From positions 704,001 through 768,000 of the forward strand of contig OY970343.1 of NCBI GenBank assembly GCA_963717525.1: 64,000 nucleotides of DNA. Direction: 5' to 3'. The notes under the pieces were generated by a model that had not been told where the DNA came from, searched no databases, and saw nothing but the letters and a program-made list of their open reading frames with translations. Positions 62,846 through 64,000 of the stretch are shown here, piece by piece; position 1 is the first letter of the stretch; every line of letters starts with the position of its first letter. The stretch is from an uncultured Methanoregulaceae archaeon. GTDB taxonomy: Archaea; Halobacteriota; Methanomicrobia; Methanomicrobiales; Methanospirillaceae. The position numbers and the translations under genes were made by a program.

Positions 62846-63081
62846 CAGGCCGGACGATCCGGATAGTGAGGTGGGGATATCGTGGGGGCTGTCGCCCCTA
62901 GCGGGGCGCCCCCTCGGCAGATCAAGAAGTGGTCTCTCGTGCTCTCATGTGCCCGGCTGTTCCCCGTGAGGGGGCCTGAGGCGGGGTGGTATCGCATCTT
63001 TTTCAAAACGCATCGAACGTCTCTTGGCTGGTTTCCGGGCAGTTGGCAGTGCAATTATGTTGGCTGCATATTTCCTTCGCC

Positions 63082-63720
63082 TTATCTCTTCTCATAATAT
63101 TTCATCGGCCCGCAGGCGCCGCATTTCCCGTCAATGACCAGGTAATCGGGCACAGTCTCCTTGCAGGAGGGGCATGTCACCGGCTGCCAGGTCTCCTTGA
63201 GCGTAACCGGCACCCTGACATTCTCATACGAGAGAAGTTTTCGGCCTGCGGCAAGTATCTGCTCCTGGAGGTTTGTTCCCATCGTATGCTTGTTGAATTC
63301 CGGGCTGTTTGAGAACCACTTGTCAATGATGGGGAAAGCCTTGATCTTTTCCTGATCCACGTACACCCGGAAGCCGTCAGCGGTCTTATCAGTAGAGGCC
63401 CGGTTCATAGTGAGTGCAAAGCGTCCGATTGGGATAACTTTGAGCCTGCCGTTACCTGTCGTGCTATGGGCGATCACCTGTGGTGCATCGGGGAGGCACT
63501 TGGGGGTTTCGCAGACCGAGAAGAGTTTCTCGTCAGGGTTTGCGCCCAGCAGTTCGAGGGCATAGTCCACCATGAATGCGCCGATAAGAAGGCCCGGTGC
63601 CGGTGACGAGTGGAATTGTGCGCACTGGGAGAGGTAGGTGCGTACCGGTTCGGCGACCCCGCAGGCAGTAAGGCGGGCGTCAAAATCCCCGCCGTGATGA
63701 TGATGGTGTCCTTCATCCAT
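63082..63720 (-). CDS. FmdE family (formylmethanofuran dehydrogenase subunit E-like) protein with His-rich N-terminus
   Basis: FHSSPAPGLLIG, CETPKCLPDA, TTGNGRL and C-terminal zinc finger CPSC...CGAC. N-terminus MDEGHHHHH. Confidence 0.85.
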   Translation of the reverse strand: MDEGHHHHHGGDFDARLTACGVAEPVRTYLSQCAQFHSSPAPGLLIGAFMVDYALELLGANPDEKLFSVCETPKCLPDAPQVIAHSTTGNGRLKVIPIGRFALTMNRASTDKTADGFRVYVDQEKIKAFPIIDKWFSNSPEFNKHTMGTNLQEQILAAGRKLLSYENVRVPVTLKETWQPVTCPSCKETVPDYLVIDGKCGACGPMKYYEKR

Positions 63721-64000
63721 GGGTAATACAATGAGTGGTATTCTCTTAAATGTTATATTTCCTGCATCCGGCCCCCGAAGAGGCAGCATGTATGCGACAG
63801 GGAGGGGAAAAGCGACACTATTACCTGCTGCGGGTATCCCCCCCTTTTGCCGATGTCCATCCCATCCGGGACCGGAAGCAGGTGTCCGTATGAGCCGGTT
63901 TTTTTAACGATCCCGCCCTACAATTGCAGGACGAGATGTTTTTTTAGTCCTAGCCGGAGATTGTATCACGATAATGAAAGGAAGTCCTGCCATGAACGCC

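Overview
An archaeal chromosomal window from a hydrogenotrophic methanogen. Gene content and order point to Methanomicrobiales, probably Methanoregula-like (inference). From left to right: the 3' part of a CODH/ACS (cdh) operon with an ASKHA/RACo-type activator; an AI-2E transporter; a 5'-truncated kup remnant; tRNA-Leu(TAG); an AT-richer block of large secreted proteins (an IPT/TIG-C13 peptidase-PEGA fusion and a repeat-containing surface protein) ending in two G/C-run elements with inverted termini; a pilin; an IMPase-NAD kinase-ACT-homoserine dehydrogenase run; aIF5A; an archaellum plus che cluster; a ribosome rescue cluster (ABCE1, Rqc2, pelota); slyD, a CYTH protein, a phosphoesterase and a radical SAM; a four-gene vWA(TerY)-PP2C-kinase-HEAT operon; a structured intergenic element; pntAB; arcS-tgtA; AMMECR1; RNase P RNA; and an FmdE-like gene. 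Many genes, including normally essential ABCE1, carry small frameshifts that are most likely sequencing or assembly indels. The best candidates for novel biology are the TerY-P-like triad with a fourth HEAT-repeat component, the REP/MITE-like palindromic intergenic elements, the ribosome quality control cluster with an EMC6-like-PKD gene, and the archaeal PntAB. All protein calls come from motif recognition by eye; no database searches were run.
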